NCBI RefSeq assembly: GCF_001194135.2
Contig: NC_068990.1
Location: 41,404,158 to 41,468,157, forward strand
Length of the DNA stretch: 64,000 nt
Direction of reading: 5' to 3'
Origin: Octopus bimaculoides
Taxonomy: Eukaryota
The position numbers were made by a program, and so were the translations under genes. The notes under the pieces were generated by a model that saw only the letters and a program-made list of their open reading frames with translations, did not search any database and was not told where the DNA came from. Positions 40,053 to 53,950 of the stretch are shown here, piece after piece. Each line of letters opens with the position of its first letter. Positions within the stretch are counted from its first letter, which is position 1.

Positions 40053-42760
40053 AAGCTACTATAATAATGAAATAGTGAAACTGTTACATTCCAACGCATT
40101 GTATTATTTCTCCTTAATTCAGCTACTCACTTTTGCCCTGTTTATAAAGCCGGAGCGTTATCCCCTAATGTAGCAAAGATATCAGCATGAATGTCCTTGG
40201 GGGCTAAACCCTTTTTCTGCAGTTCTTGATAACACCATGATGCTAAACTTTGTCCAATATCAGGAGAAGTCACTACTAGTTACATCTGAAGTCTTCTTTG
40301 AACAGTTAGTTTACCCGGAACGAAACGATGTAGTTATAAATAAGAAGTTTTGAAATTAATGCATGCTAGATTTCATAGCTCTAGCATCACTCGTTCATAG
40401 TCAGCCTATGAACATTGTACGTAGATGTATGCACGCACTCACACACGGAATTCCCAATCAAATGAGTAGACGTTAGTGTTCTTGTTTAATTCAAAGTCAA
40501 ACCTAATCGATTCTAGCTATTACAGATATGACCATCCCGAATATTTGTTACATTACCAGTACTACACTGAGGAATGTATCTTAGATTTTTCAAGAGGACA
40601 GGTTATTATTTTTTTTTTAGTGGGTCATACGTCTAAGCCACGGCACCTGTTATTGCTTAACTCTGGCCGATTAAGCAGAACTGAATTTCTGGTAAAATTT
40701 CGTTGTAGACAAATCTACTTATTTTTTCATATAGTTTCATTTTGTGGAAGAATCTGGTCGTTCATTTTATTTGGTGAAGCGACTACGACAGCATAGATGG
40801 CCCTCTTGCAAATCTGCTGCTAGATAACTTCCGCCAACTCAGCATGAGTAAGTCCCTGACACGAATTAACCATTTAATACAACATGGTCAGACATAAGAA
40901 GGACTCTCAACAAAGACATTTATTTTCATTGATGGGGAGCGCCGTCTGTATCACCTTGGGAACAATCATCACTTCCGGTCGTGACTCGTGCTGAATGCAA
41001 GTGATTCTTGGCGTCGGACAACAGTGGACACCATATAATGTGTGTGTGCCTGTGTGTGTGTGTGTGTGTGTGCCTCTGTGTGTGTGTGTTTTACTATCGA
41101 CACCACCGCACCAGCAGTGGTGAGAGCCTTCTCACACTGTATAGTAGTCAGCTGACTCCTTGCGGAGCTGCTGCTGTTACTGCTGCTGCTGCTGTTGTTT
41201 TTGTTGTTTCTAATGTTACCGATGCTACTGTTGTCTTTTCTATCTCTTTCTTCCTCTCCTAATAAATTACAGCGAGTTCTGGAAAGGTAGTAAAAGGGTG
41301 GATAAAGAATTACGACGAATACAGAGAAGGGTATTGAAGGGGGTGGACTGATAAGAATAGCTGTTCTAACTCTTATAAATTCTGCGGTGTAGTGAAAGGA
41401 GAAGTTGTGTTTATGAAAGGACGAGTTTTTTGGACGGCACTTGTCTTTGGAAAGGTTTCCGCCGAACTGTTAAACGCATTGATCGTCTGTCATTGGCAAA
41501 GGCATAAAGATACGCTGGTATGGTGGCATTGCTTTCTGGTGGACAGTGTTGAAAGCCACATGAAAGCAAACCACTTGAACAGATAACAATGATACGAAGG
41601 AAGTGAACTATAATAATGACAATTATGACGACGACTACGACGACGACGACGATGACGACGACGACGACTGCGGCGGCAACGGCAGCGGTGGCAGCAGCGA
41701 CGACAACGAAGATGGTGACGTCGAAAAAGAAAACATGAAGGAAAATAACAATATCAAAAGTAATGATACGTTACTCTGGCTTAAGGCCTCGATTGTTGTT
41801 GTTGTTTATCATCCCGATGTAGTAGACCTATGTTAAAAGATCATCCACCTTGACCAACCCGTATAACAGTAGCTAATTATTTCAAAGTGATGATTTATTG
41901 AATGACGTACACACAAAAGGTTCTCAGTTAATAGAAATTTCCTTCCTGTGGAGAAAAAGGGGGTAGATAAGTCAAAGAAATTTTAAAAATTAGTCCTAGA
42001 AAGTTAATTCACATTCTTTGAGAAAGGACAATTCGAGCATTCTTCACAAGCAAAGAGAAACTCTGGATTAAAATACGTCCAAGCTGTTTCTTGCTTGTAG
42101 CTAAATATCAGACGTTCCTCTAAGAATTTTAATAAATTTTGAGAAGATATCGGCAGGCGGAAACCTTAGGGAAGCATATTTATATATTTTCGCGTATTTT
42201 CTCTCTACGCATTCACTGTTACTCCCCTTTTCTAACTCGAACTATGCTTTCAGTATTTCATTTATAGTATCTGATTTAAACTTATTGATGTGGTAGAGGA
42301 ATTGTAAGTGTAAAATTTATTCAACACGAATCTGTCTTTATTTTTCTCTCTCTACCTCTCTCACTCTCTATATACATACATACATACATATATGTATATG
42401 GTTTTAATTTTAAAGGGATGTAGACTACTTGCTGCATTGGGTCTTTTGAATGTGATAAGGATAAAGATGAATTCCTCTTCCTTGACCTCCATTATTTTCT
42501 TCTAAATTATAGTAGGCTTTACGTATTTTTACCCTAAATTCATTTTACTACAATAATATCAAAAAAGTGCAATGTAACTATTTTAGTCTCTAGCATTGAT
42601 GAAAAATTTGCTAAAAAGTTATAACAGAGTATCCTGTATGTTAGAAATCTATATGGTCGTATGCGTCCGAGGAGAGCGGTTTATTTCAAATTGATGTACT
42701 ATTTGCATTGATCCATTAAACGGAGCCGCTTGAAACAGCTGTAATGCACTGATACCTGGA

Positions 42761-43535
42761 CACCCACACCAAGCTCTTCATCCCCTACTCCCAATTCCTC
42801 CGTCTACGAAGGTTCTGCAGTGACAATCATGACTTTGAGACTCACCACTGTCCCCTAACCGCTATCCACACAGCCCTTGCCAAGGCATGTTCCGTGGACC
42901 GTGCCTCTGCTCTCTCTCCCCGCACCGACTCGCCGTTGCCCGTCTTCCGTTTCCCCTAACCTACTACCCCTCCACCCTTCCCCTCCAACGTATCATTCTC
43001 CGAGCCTTCCGGCGACTCTAGTCCGAACCCTCCACCTCGGACATCTTCCCTAACCTGCCCCTTCCCTACTTCAAACGATCCCACAACCTGCGTGACTTCC
43101 TGGTTCACAATTGTTTCCCTAACCCCACCTCCCAGCCTGGCTCGTTCCCCTGCTCCCGCCCATGCCTCCACACTTGCCCCTACCTCTCCAGCACCACCAT
43201 CCTCACAGGCACCCATCATCGTCCCTATCATATCACTGACTCCTTTACCGGCACTTCTTGCAACGTCATTTACTGCATTTCCTGCTCTTTCTGCCCTTCT
43301 CTGTACATCGGTTAAGCGGGACATCGCTTGGCTGACCGGTTCGAGGAGCATCTCCGAGACATCAGATTCGTGCTATTTCCGCTCTACCGATCATTCACTA
43401 TAGCACCTGTCTGTGCTCGTATTGTCTTTGCACAGGGGCCATATGGACTCCTGTTTTTTCCGTGAACAGGAATTGATCTTCTCTCTTTGCTCCTTTGTGC
43501 CACATGTGCTCAATTCCCCTCCTCTCTTCACCTGA
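42761..43535 (+). pseudogene. 5'-truncated Penelope-like retroelement ORF (RT C-terminus, Cys-rich linker and GIY-YIG endonuclease), Neptune-like
   Basis: IPYSQFLRLRRFCSDNHDF..ARLPFPLTYYP..FKRSHNLRDFLVH..FPCSRPCLHTCP..NVIYCISCSFCPSLYIG*AGHRLADRFEEHLRDIR..REQELIFSL..PHVLN; stops TAG 43019-43021 and TAA 43313-43315, frameshifts and internal deletions. Confidence 0.9.
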
Positions 43536-43640
43536 CTCCCCTTCCATCATCTCTTCATCTGACTCCCCTCCCCTCCTCTCTTTATCTGACTCCCCTCCTC
43601 TCTTTATCTGACTCCCCTCCTCTCTTTATCTGACTCCCCT
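43530..43640 (+). repeat. About 22-bp minisatellite (ctgactcccctcctctctttat) in the PLE 3' region
   Basis: Roughly 5 imperfect units starting at the ORF stop codon. Confidence 0.8.
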
Positions 43641-44074
43641 CTCCTCATCTCTTCACTCCTCCTCACCTCTTCTCTCCTCTCTTCATCTGACAGCTACTTC
43701 TCTTCACTCCTACCCACCTTCTCTCATCATTGATAACAGAGCCCCCACACACATAACACCCCACACTACCCCCGCATCCCCATCCAACCCACATCCCACC
43801 CTATACACCCCTAACCCTACACCTACACNNNNNNNNNNNNNNNNNNNNNNNNNNNNNNNNNNNNNNNNNNNNNNNNNNNNNNNNNNNNNNNNNNNNNNNN
43901 NNNNNNNNNNNNNNNNNNNNNNNNNNNNNNNNNNNNNNNNNNNNNNNNNNNNNNNNNNNNNNCCTCACACCCTCACACCATCATCCACACACCCACACGT
44001 TATAGACGCACACACTTGCACACACGTCAAAGTCACTAGCTCCTATCCATACACACACACACACATTCTCACAT

Positions 44075-44118
<44 letters not shown>

Positions 44119-44224
44119 CACGCGCACCTTCGTTTTGGGATCACCAATACTTTATTATCTTCTCTTCTTTCAATGTCTCCTGTGAAACTATTTTCTTCTT
44201 TCTAACAAGTTTTTTAGTCTCTCT

Positions 44225-44370
44225 GTTTATTTTCTCTTATTCCTTTCCGTTGAAGAGCGTAGGCTGGAAACATAAAATACGTTTTCCCTTTGCAGAGCGT
44301 CAAACTATTACACCTGCTTTTTGTTCATACACCGGTTTCGTCTTTTGTTTTTCTGTAAATTTCAACGCCC
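44225..44370 (+). mobile_element. PLE 3'-end or pseudo-LTR-like repeat with a decayed hammerhead-like motif
   Basis: ttt-CCGTTGA-a-GAGC/gtag/GCTG-GAAA-CATA; homologous to the reverse complement of 33640-33790; same strand as and downstream of the PLE ORF. Confidence 0.6.
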
Positions 44371-46517
44371 TCTCTCTCTCTCTCTCTTTGTCTATATATA
44401 TATATATTCTTTTATTCTTTAACTCGTTTCACTCATTTGACTGTGGTCATCCTGGAGCACCGACTTTTGTCGAGCAAATCGACCCCAGGTTGCCGCAGAT
44501 TTTGTCGATGAAGATATAACTGTCGAATTGGGCGCGTTTTTCTTTTTATTTGTGTGCGTGACGTTGTTTCGGTTACCTCTAAGAGCTTTACGTTGGTTAC
44601 ATAGCTGATCTACAGCTTGATTTATTTTGTTGGTTGTTCACTACTGCTATGTTTACTGCATGTGTACCACTGTCATCATGACTACCAAAACACTATGGTA
44701 TCTGGTACCTATGTTGTGCCCCGGTACACTCTTACCTGCATTTCTGTGCTCTATTGATTGATTGACCTTACGGCGCTAAGCTCGACACCTTTTACCGAAA
44801 GTGTTAGCTGGTAAGCTTCTCTCCGGTACCATATCTTAAGATCAACGCTCATTTATATACCATCGGCTTGCACCAGTTCATAGTTGAAAAGGTGATACAG
44901 GAGATACACCTATTGTCGTTGTGGAACTATGTTCAGGTAGCATGGACATAACAGCGTGATGTATGCACCTCCGAGATACGGAAACACACGCGCGCACACA
45001 CACATACCTACACGTGTATCTGTGTATGTTGGGGGCGGCACTGACAATATATTCGAAATTTTATTTGTAAAGAGAGTTACCATCATATGTTTAATAAAAT
45101 ATAGTTAGCCTCGATCTGAAAATAAACCGTGTGTTTAATCTCGAGACTCTGGATAAACGGTGTGATCGACTGGTTTCAGTTTTTGCTAAACTTTCGTCAG
45201 GATTCACTTCTTTCCAGACAATGTAGTGTTATTACACAAATGCATATAAAATCAGAATTGACCTGGCAATATTTACATAGCAGCAGTAAGTTAGCGGTGC
45301 ATATGAATGGACTGGAGCCTGACCGAATGTGTTTCACATTAAATTTGTAAACAGACTTGCAACCATGTGGGTAGAATAATCATACATACCTTGCGCGCGC
45401 GCGCGTGTGTGCGTGCGTGCGTGCGTGCGCATGAAGAAGAAGAAGATGAAGAAGAGGAAGAAAGGCTGCTTTGTGCGGCCTAGAATGGCTTGATGAGTGT
45501 ATTATGTAATTTTTACTAAGCCCACGGAACAGTCTATAGCCAATAACCATTGTAATCTAACAGATTATTGTATTACACAATTAAGCCCCATCAATCAGCC
45601 TTGAGTGCTTTCGTTTCATATATACGTTAAACTCGTTTCTATTGATACGCACATTTGCAGACATATACATATATATATGAGATATTTAGATAGATAAATA
45701 GATAGAAGAGAGATATAAATAGATGAAGAAAGAATAATGAAAAAAAAAAAAACTATTGCTTTACAATAATATATTATTATATGTATGTATGTATGTAGTG
45801 TAGAATATGAGAGGGAAGGATAGACGACCAAGGCAGAGACTGAAATGAAAGGTTCAGCAGATAAAAAACGACAGGAAAAGAGTGTTTTGTATTGAAGGGA
45901 CACGGAAAGTAAAAGGACCGGATATGAGTGAAATGTAATAATATCTGAGGAGGTAAGGCAGAGGAAGAGAACTAGGGGTGGAGTCAATGTTATTTGTCGC
46001 TTTAGAAAACTTTCTGGAGGTCTGCATTGACGGAGGGTGAATGGGCGTTCTGTGTAAAGTAGGATATTAATTTGGACTTTTAAAAAAAATAAATTGAAAA
46101 GGACTCCGTGTGTTTAGAATGCTTAGAAGTACACAGTCCACTGTACACATACTCCTACTATATATATATATATATATATATATNNNNNNNNNNNNNNNNN
46201 NNNNNNNNNNNNNNNNNNNNNNNNNNNNNNNNNNNNNNNNNNNNNNNNNNNNNNNNNNNNNNNNNNNNNNNNNNNNNNNNNNNNNNNNNNNNNNNNNNNN
46301 NNNNNNNNNNNNNNNNNNNNNNNNNNNNNNNNNNNNNNNNNNNNNNNNNNNNNNNNNNNNNNNNNNNNNNNNNNNNNNNNNNNNNNNNNNNNNNNNNNNN
46401 NNNNNNNNNNNNNNNNNNNNNNNNNNNNNNNNNNNNNNNNATATATATATATATATATACATACATACTATATATATATATACATATATACATATATATA
46501 TATATTTATATATATAC

Positions 46518-46564
<47 letters not shown>

Positions 46565-46634
46565 CATACACATACATAAACACACACTCACACGCACACA
46601 CACGCACGCAGGCACACACACCACACACACACAA

Positions 46635-46665
<31 letters not shown>

Positions 46666-46736
46666 CATACAGACACGTGCGCACACACATGAATTATACC
46701 AACGAGAATTAAAATAAACAATAACAAATACATGTG

Positions 46737-46789
<53 letters not shown>

Positions 46790-47336
46790 TGTACGCGTGA
46801 ATGTATGTGTGTAATAGCATACGCATACAGACACGCTCACGCATACTCATAGCTATCAAGCTATTTACCTAGAAATCTATTCACCTGCCTGTCAAAATTT
46901 ACCTGCTGTCTGTATTGTAATCTATGTTATCACATAAACGTGTGCACGCACACGTACACCACACACACACACACACACAGACACACAGACACGCACACAC
47001 ATATACGTGTATGTGTGTATATGCGTGTGACATTATAGATAGGTAGGTAGATAGATATACGCAAATGTTTATATACGTATGTTTTAGTGTGTGTGCGTAT
47101 GTGTGTGTGCGTGTATACATATACATATATACACGCACACACGCACTTACATACACATGCGCACATACATGCACACACATGATGGAAAGAGAGAGAAGGA
47201 GAAGGAGTGAGAGAGTGTATGAGGAACAGAGGGATAGAGTGACGGGGTGACAGGGTGACAGGGTGACAGGGTAACAAACAATAGAATCTGTGTGAAGTAA
47301 GTTGGTCGTTGTTTCGGGTGGATATAACGTGGATTG

Positions 47337-47368
<32 letters not shown>

Positions 47369-48359
47369 GGTGGGAGGAGTAAAGGTTTAAATGAAGGAAG
47401 TGACATGAAAGTATTTCTGACCAGGAAATGGACGTACAGACAGATGTGATTGAATATAAATGTAATTTTTTTTCCCTATATTTTTATACTACTTTGTCCA
47501 ATAATAGGGGAAGAGGTGTATTCACAACACACCTCCTTTCTCCAATTCATTTTTCTCCTTCTTCATTTAGCTTTCATCACATCCGGGTATTTACCAGCGG
47601 TGAGCTCACTAAATCTTTTGTATAGAGAGATTATCCTATTCTCTTTGTTTTTTTTTTAATTTTTTACATTACTTCTAATATTCTTCATTTAATTATTCTT
47701 TATTAATTAATTGTGATAGGAAAATGGAATGAACGTCACTTCATCCATGTTTCCGCCTCTTTAAAGTTTTAGGCATCGGACATATTGTTAAGATGCAAAG
47801 ATTAAGAAAAAAATAAATAAATGATGACAGGACTGTCACGTCGAGCTGCAAGTAGTTCGAATTCGCCCTCGGATTTTTATATTTTCCCTCTCCAGTTTCA
47901 TTTTAAACTACTTTTGCTACCTTTTTTTTTTTACTCCTCTTTATTTTCGGCGATCGTATCTCCAATATCGTATTAATTTTTCCAGGGTGGATGAAATAAA
48001 TACCAATCATGTTTTGCAGTCATGTAATGGCCAAATGGTCAAGAAGTTCGCTTCCGAACTGTAATTTGGAGGGAAGATAATTTTCTACATCATCAGCCGA
48101 CTCATATATTCTGAGTAAAATTGGGTAGCCGGAATTGTATATAAGGCACAGCCTTGTCACGCATTGTGCCATCCAAATTAAAGTTATTTGTGACTGTGGA
48201 ATACTCAGCTCCTAACAGGCTAATAACAAGAGTAGGTAATTCAGTTTCATTGAACAACTAAATCCTCCTCAGAGAAATTGAAGGAGATTCATCCATCCAG
48301 CCATCCAGACATTCAGCCATCTAGATAGTGGGTGTCAATTTGATTGGCAAAACAATCCC

Positions 48360-48500
48360 TGGTAAGAAGTTTGTTTCCCTACCACGTGGCTCTGGATTCA
48401 ATCCCACTGCATGACACCTTAGGCAAGTATCTTCTACCATACCGTCTGGTCGACAAAAGCCTTGTAAGTGGATTTGGTAGACTGAAAGAAACGAATCGTT
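48360..48500 (+). mobile_element. SINE family A, head
   Basis: ggtaagaagtttg..caccttaggcaagtatcttctac..gtggatttggtagactgaaagaa. Confidence 0.8.
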
Positions 48501-49828
48501 CATATATATATATATATATATATATGCATATGTATGTATGTATGTATTATATGCTCAACGGGCATTTATTTTTTAGCCCCGAAATGGACGAAAGATAAAG
48601 TTGACCTCTGCGGAATTTCAACTCAGAACGTAACAGACGGACGAAACCATCTTGCTGCTTACCACTGGACCAAACTTGACGAAACTTTGTATACATGTTA
48701 AGCTAACATCCAGTTGAACTATAGACTAATTGGATTTTAACAGACATCTATAATGGGCCCCCTAGACGGCTTGGGATGTTACTTGATAAACTGAGAAGAG
48801 TGCAAGAGTGTTAATGTGAGGAAAATGTGGTGGCATAGTAAGTGTGGCTGATATCAGGGAAGGGAAACAAAGTTATGTAAACGACACATATAGAGTGGCA
48901 GTGGGTTGATAACGTTAATACAACTGTCATTCACGGGTATACACTCGACACTGCATTCATACTTTCGTAAATACATAGATACATGCATACACACACACAC
49001 ATACGTACATGAATATACATATATACATATATACGTATATCTACTATGCACTATGTTAAACTGGTGGTTACCTGTGTACTTTTGTAAATGTATGTGTGTG
49101 TCACGGCTTATAACTGTCTGTCTCTCTACTTTTGTAGGGTCTTCTCTGTTGCTGTCATATATCGTGAAATTTTATAACTACGTCAAAATTTTCAAATTTA
49201 GTATACTGAAATAATGTTTCCAGGTTAAATCCGATTTTGTTATTTATTTGTTCCAGAAAAGTTGCAGAAAAATGTTACTGAGGTTTAAACTTTAATCAAT
49301 TTTACCTAATCAGAAAACAGGATTAGGAAGCTGGTATTTTCTGCATGATAGCTGTCTATCACAAAATGAAAGGAACATCATTACGTGGTGGAATGTTTAT
49401 TAAACAAACGAAGGCAACTTATTACGACGACCAAAGTTGTAAGAATTTCTGAAGTTTTAATAAGTTTTAATGAATAAAGTCATGTGAAACGGTCGAACAG
49501 ACACGTAAACAATTTAAAAAGGAAAAAATCCTCGACGAAGTTTCTTTGCGAAATATTACACAAATCTGCCTTGAGCAAGAGGCCTATTTGTTGGAGAAGG
49601 CATGGCCTGACGTGGAATAAACAAAACTTNNNNNNNNNNNNNNNNNNNNNNNNNNNNNNNNNNNNNNNNNNNNNNNNNNNNNNNNNNNNNNNNNNNNNNN
49701 NNNNNNNNNNNNNNNNNNNNNNNNNNNNNNNNNNNNNNNNNNNNNNNNNNNNNNNNNNNNNNNNNNNNNNNNNNNNNNNNNNNNNNNNNNNNNNNNNNNN
49801 NNNNNNNNNNNNNNNNNNNNNNNNNNNN

Positions 49829-49896
<68 letters not shown>

Positions 49897-50504
49897 TATA
49901 TAAGCATTGTAACATATTGATAGGAACCTGTGATGATGAAACTTCGAGGATAAAGAGTTCGAAATTTTGTTTCTGATTAAATCCTTGCACGCTCTTATAA
50001 AGCTAAAGTCAGTTTTTGTCATGTTCTCGTGTGAAAACCAAACAACATTCTACAATACTTTTTTAGACAAAGTTATGCTTGGCTACTGTGTTAATATGCT
50101 GACTAAAAAGTTAACAAAAGAAGCATTAAAGAATGTGTGTCTTTTACGCTGTTATTGCTGTTGTGCATATATGTAGGTCATCTATGATCAAATTTTCATA
50201 TCATCAATCAAATGTATTCTAGTCGTGACTAAAAGAGGTTTTAACGCTATTTCCAGCTCAACAACGAAGTCGGTCAAACAACGTCATATGCAGTATAAAG
50301 TATCCAGGATACACATAGATATATAATATATATGCGTTGATACGCACATTGGTGAATGCATATACACATGCGCCCATACATACACACATACATGCATATA
50401 TACATACATACATAATTACACACACACACACACACATATATATACAGGCATACACACATGTTAATTGTTTCGAGTTGACAGACGATAGCCGTCTCATTTA
50501 ATCT

Positions 50505-51060
50505 ATTTCATCCCGATAATCTCCAATGTGCTGTGTGCTCTGAGAGGTCCGTGATTGTGCGCTTCCAGCTGGTTAAGTTTGCACACGTCGGTACTCCTAG
50601 ATCGCTACTGGACTTCAATAGAAAGACAAGATGAAGCAGATGGAATGAGACATCTGTACGTCATTGGAATAAAGTAAAATACGCATGTACAATACGAATG
50701 CCATCCTCCGAGTATCAGTAACGGAAATTCAGTGACAAGCGTTATAAGATGACTGGTAGCCGTATCAACTGCAGACCTGGTTATTTTGAATCACCTTCTT
50801 TTAGTCGTTTTCAAACAAACGATAGCTACAAGTACAAAGGGATTTGAAAGAAACGTTTCTACACAATTGGATGGTTGTTAACTCTTATAAGTTCGTCCTT
50901 CTTTTAACGAGTCTTCTTTACTTGTTTTATCTTGCATGGTGCCTAAAATTCACCTTCTTCACCAAGCAGGCTCAGTGGAGTTGCCAGTTTAGTAGCCGAC
51001 GACCCGTTTATGAAATAGGGTACATTTGGATGCATGTCATCAGTAGCATGTAATATGTGT
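50505..51060. repeat. Old dispersed repeat, copy 1 of a pair (copy 2 at 56055-56570)
   Basis: Colinear shared blocks tgtgtgctctgaga, agacaagatgaa, acatctgtacgtcattg, aagatgactgg, aaaattcaccttc. Confidence 0.75.
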
Positions 51061-51950
51061 GACATTGACCTGACAAGACATATATATATTTAGGAAGTCT
51101 GGTGTGTAGCATTATTCTGTAGTAATGCCCTTATATATATATATAAACGAATAATTATATTCTTGGGAATAGAAATTTCCCTTATGAAATTTTTTACACA
51201 CTAGCTTCCCGATAAAATTCTTGTAAAAGATTTTTATCCTATTTTGAATTTATTAATCAAATATATATGCGGAATATATTCAACGCTGAATTTTATTCCG
51301 TTTTGGACACGTGTACCGAGAGCAACTCAGAAAGATTCCCGCTTTTTTTTTGCAGAGATGTATATAGATAAACATCATTCCCTTTGCTTTGTCGGATACA
51401 TAAGGTGTTCGTTTTGGTAAGGTGAGGATTTTGTTTATTTATATATATTGATACTATACTATGCTGACGAGCGGAAACTAGATTGCATTCTGGTAATCGT
51501 TTAATCGGTCGATACATAGTTGAGTTCTTTTTTAAAAAAAGGTTGGTTTCTTTTGAGGGTTGCTTTTCCTCGCATTCGGTACTAAAATGTGTTTATTTGG
51601 GAAGTCTGGTGTGTGGCATTATTCTGTAGTAATGCCCTTATATANNNNNNNNNNNNNNNNNNNNNNNNNNNNNNNNNNNNNNNNNNNNNNNNNNNNNNNN
51701 NNNNNNNNNNNNNNNNNNNNNNNNNNNNNNNNNNNNNNNNNNNNNNNNNNNNNNNNNNNNNNNNNNNNNNNCCCCCCCCCGCACACACACATATATATAT
51801 ATATGTATATATATGGTTTTTTTTTTGTTAGAAAAACTTAAAAACGAAGTAGAAGCGCTCTCTAAGAAATAGAGCAGTCTATATTTATTACTGGTGAAGG
51901 CCTGTTTTGGCCTTCACCATTAATAACGATCTCTATATATATATGCATAC

Positions 51951-52130
51951 ATATTAATCAGAGTGTACAGTACTATATATCCATTACTGCCGATCTTACG
52001 GATCGGTTTCGCATTAGGGGTTCAACGGACTGTTACTTAACACTCAGTTGAACCCCTAGTGCGAAACCGATCGGTAAGATCGGCAGTAATGGATATATGA
52101 TAATGTAGACATGTACACTTCGATTAATAT
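51951..52130. repeat. Near-perfect inverted repeat (52-bp core arms, 20-nt spacer)
   Basis: 51975-52026 versus 52047-52098 with 2 mismatches; outer arms 51951-51969 and 52112-52130. Confidence 0.9.
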
Positions 52131-52186
52131 ACTCACTCTACTGACAAATATACGAGTGCATTTTTTTTCTGATTTATGGATCCTTA

Positions 52187-52570
52187 GGCGGTGAGTGGCT
52201 GTGTGGTAAGTTGCTTGCTTACCAATAACATGGTTCTGGGTTCAGTCTCACTACATGGCATCTTGGGCAAGTGTCTTCTACTATAGCCTCGGGCCGACCA
52301 AAGCCTTGTGAGTGGATTTGGTAGACAGAAGCTGAAAGAAGCCCGTCGTATATATATGTATATGTTTGTGTGTCTGCGTTTGTCCCCACCCCTCTACCAT
52401 CGCTAAACAACCGACGTTGGTGTGTTTGGAGCCCCGAAACTTAACTGTCTAGCAAAGGAGATTGATAGAATAGGCACTAGGCTTAGAAAGAATAAGTCCC
52501 GGGTGTCGAGTTGTTCGACTAAAGGCGGTGCTCCAGCATGGCCACAGCCAAAATGACTGAAACAAAAACA
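52187..52570 (+). mobile_element. SINE family A
   Basis: Head, short (TA)n and tail all present. Confidence 0.9.
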
Positions 52571-53757
52571 AATTATATGAAAAATATCAGTCACTGATTG
52601 TGAATGAAGAGAGAGCTAGCTAGCGAGATGTAAATAGATATATTGATAGATAGACGGATAGATAGATAGATAGATAGATAGATGTGAACATATATCCCCA
52701 TCACTNNNNNNNNNNNNNNNNNNNNNNNNNNNNNNNNNNNNNNNNNNNNNNNNNNNNNNNNNNNNNNNNNNNNNNNNNNNNNNNNNNNNNNNNNNNNNNN
52801 NNNNNNNNNNNNNNNNNNNNNNNNNNNNNNNNNNNNNNNATATATATATATATATATATAATTTGTATTATATATATATTACATAACACTATCCGTATCA
52901 CGTCCTCACGTTGTTGTTTTTTGTTATTGTTTCTTGTCTTTTTTTGAACTTATATATATATATATAATACAAATAATAAATGAGTATATGCATATATACG
53001 TACATGTATGTACATACATACATCTACCTGTATATATAAATGCATATCTGGGTACAGGACATTGCAAAAAAAACGTAGGCAAAATGATAAACAAAGTACA
53101 GAAAAACAGACCACATAGAGAACATTTCTTTCATCAGCTGCCACCATTCTAATACTCGCGTTTCGAAGAGTTAGGGCAGGACGCATCGTTAAAATGGCTC
53201 GCGGGGGATGGGTGTAAGTATGTATGTAATGTACGTATGTATTCTCTTGTTTTGTTTATTTTCCATTAGCTTCCATCACTCGACTACCGCTATGCTAAGA
53301 TGTTAATTATCAACATTATGCTGCCATGAAGACGTAGCCTTCGCTAAACTCCATAGGAAATAAGATTTTATGACGTGTTTCATTGATAAAACCGAAAGTA
53401 TAAGAGATTGCGCTAGAAAATTAACGATTTTAAGAAACGACCCTCGGAACATCTGTGGATGAGTATAACTCCGAAGTGCTTCATTTCAAGAATGGAGACA
53501 AAGTCGGATTCAACAATTTCTGCTTTTCTCTGTCTATCTATAGATTGTACATACAGTTACTGCATACACACATGCGCGCACGCAGACACACACTTACGTA
53601 ATACATATTATATACAAGATGGAATCAACGGTACTCAAAACGTTATGAGAAAAAACACTGTTCATACTCCGTACTCTATATATGTGATATAACTATTCTA
53701 CACTATATTGAGTCTTGCTTCATGGTGATGACTATTCCTACGCATATGTATATATGC

Positions 53758-53813
<56 letters not shown>

Positions 53814-53826
53814 NNNNNNNNNNTGC

Positions 53827-53871
<45 letters not shown>

Positions 53872-53907
53872 GTATATATATATATATATATAAATATGTA
53901 TGTACGT

Positions 53908-53950
<43 letters not shown>

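Noticed and set aside
42956-43403. Track ORFs 42956-43351 (-) and 43092-43403 (+)
   Set aside because: They are shadow frames of the PLE pseudogene; the informative frame contains stops
43530-43640. Tandem repeats as a possible CRISPR array (also 47240-47275 and 61420-61440)
   Set aside because: Head-to-tail minisatellites without unique spacers, in a eukaryotic context with no cas genes
51093-51644. 45-bp direct repeat (51093-51136 and 51600-51644)
   Set aside because: The second copy abuts a gap and differs by 1 nt; likely a haplotype or assembly duplication
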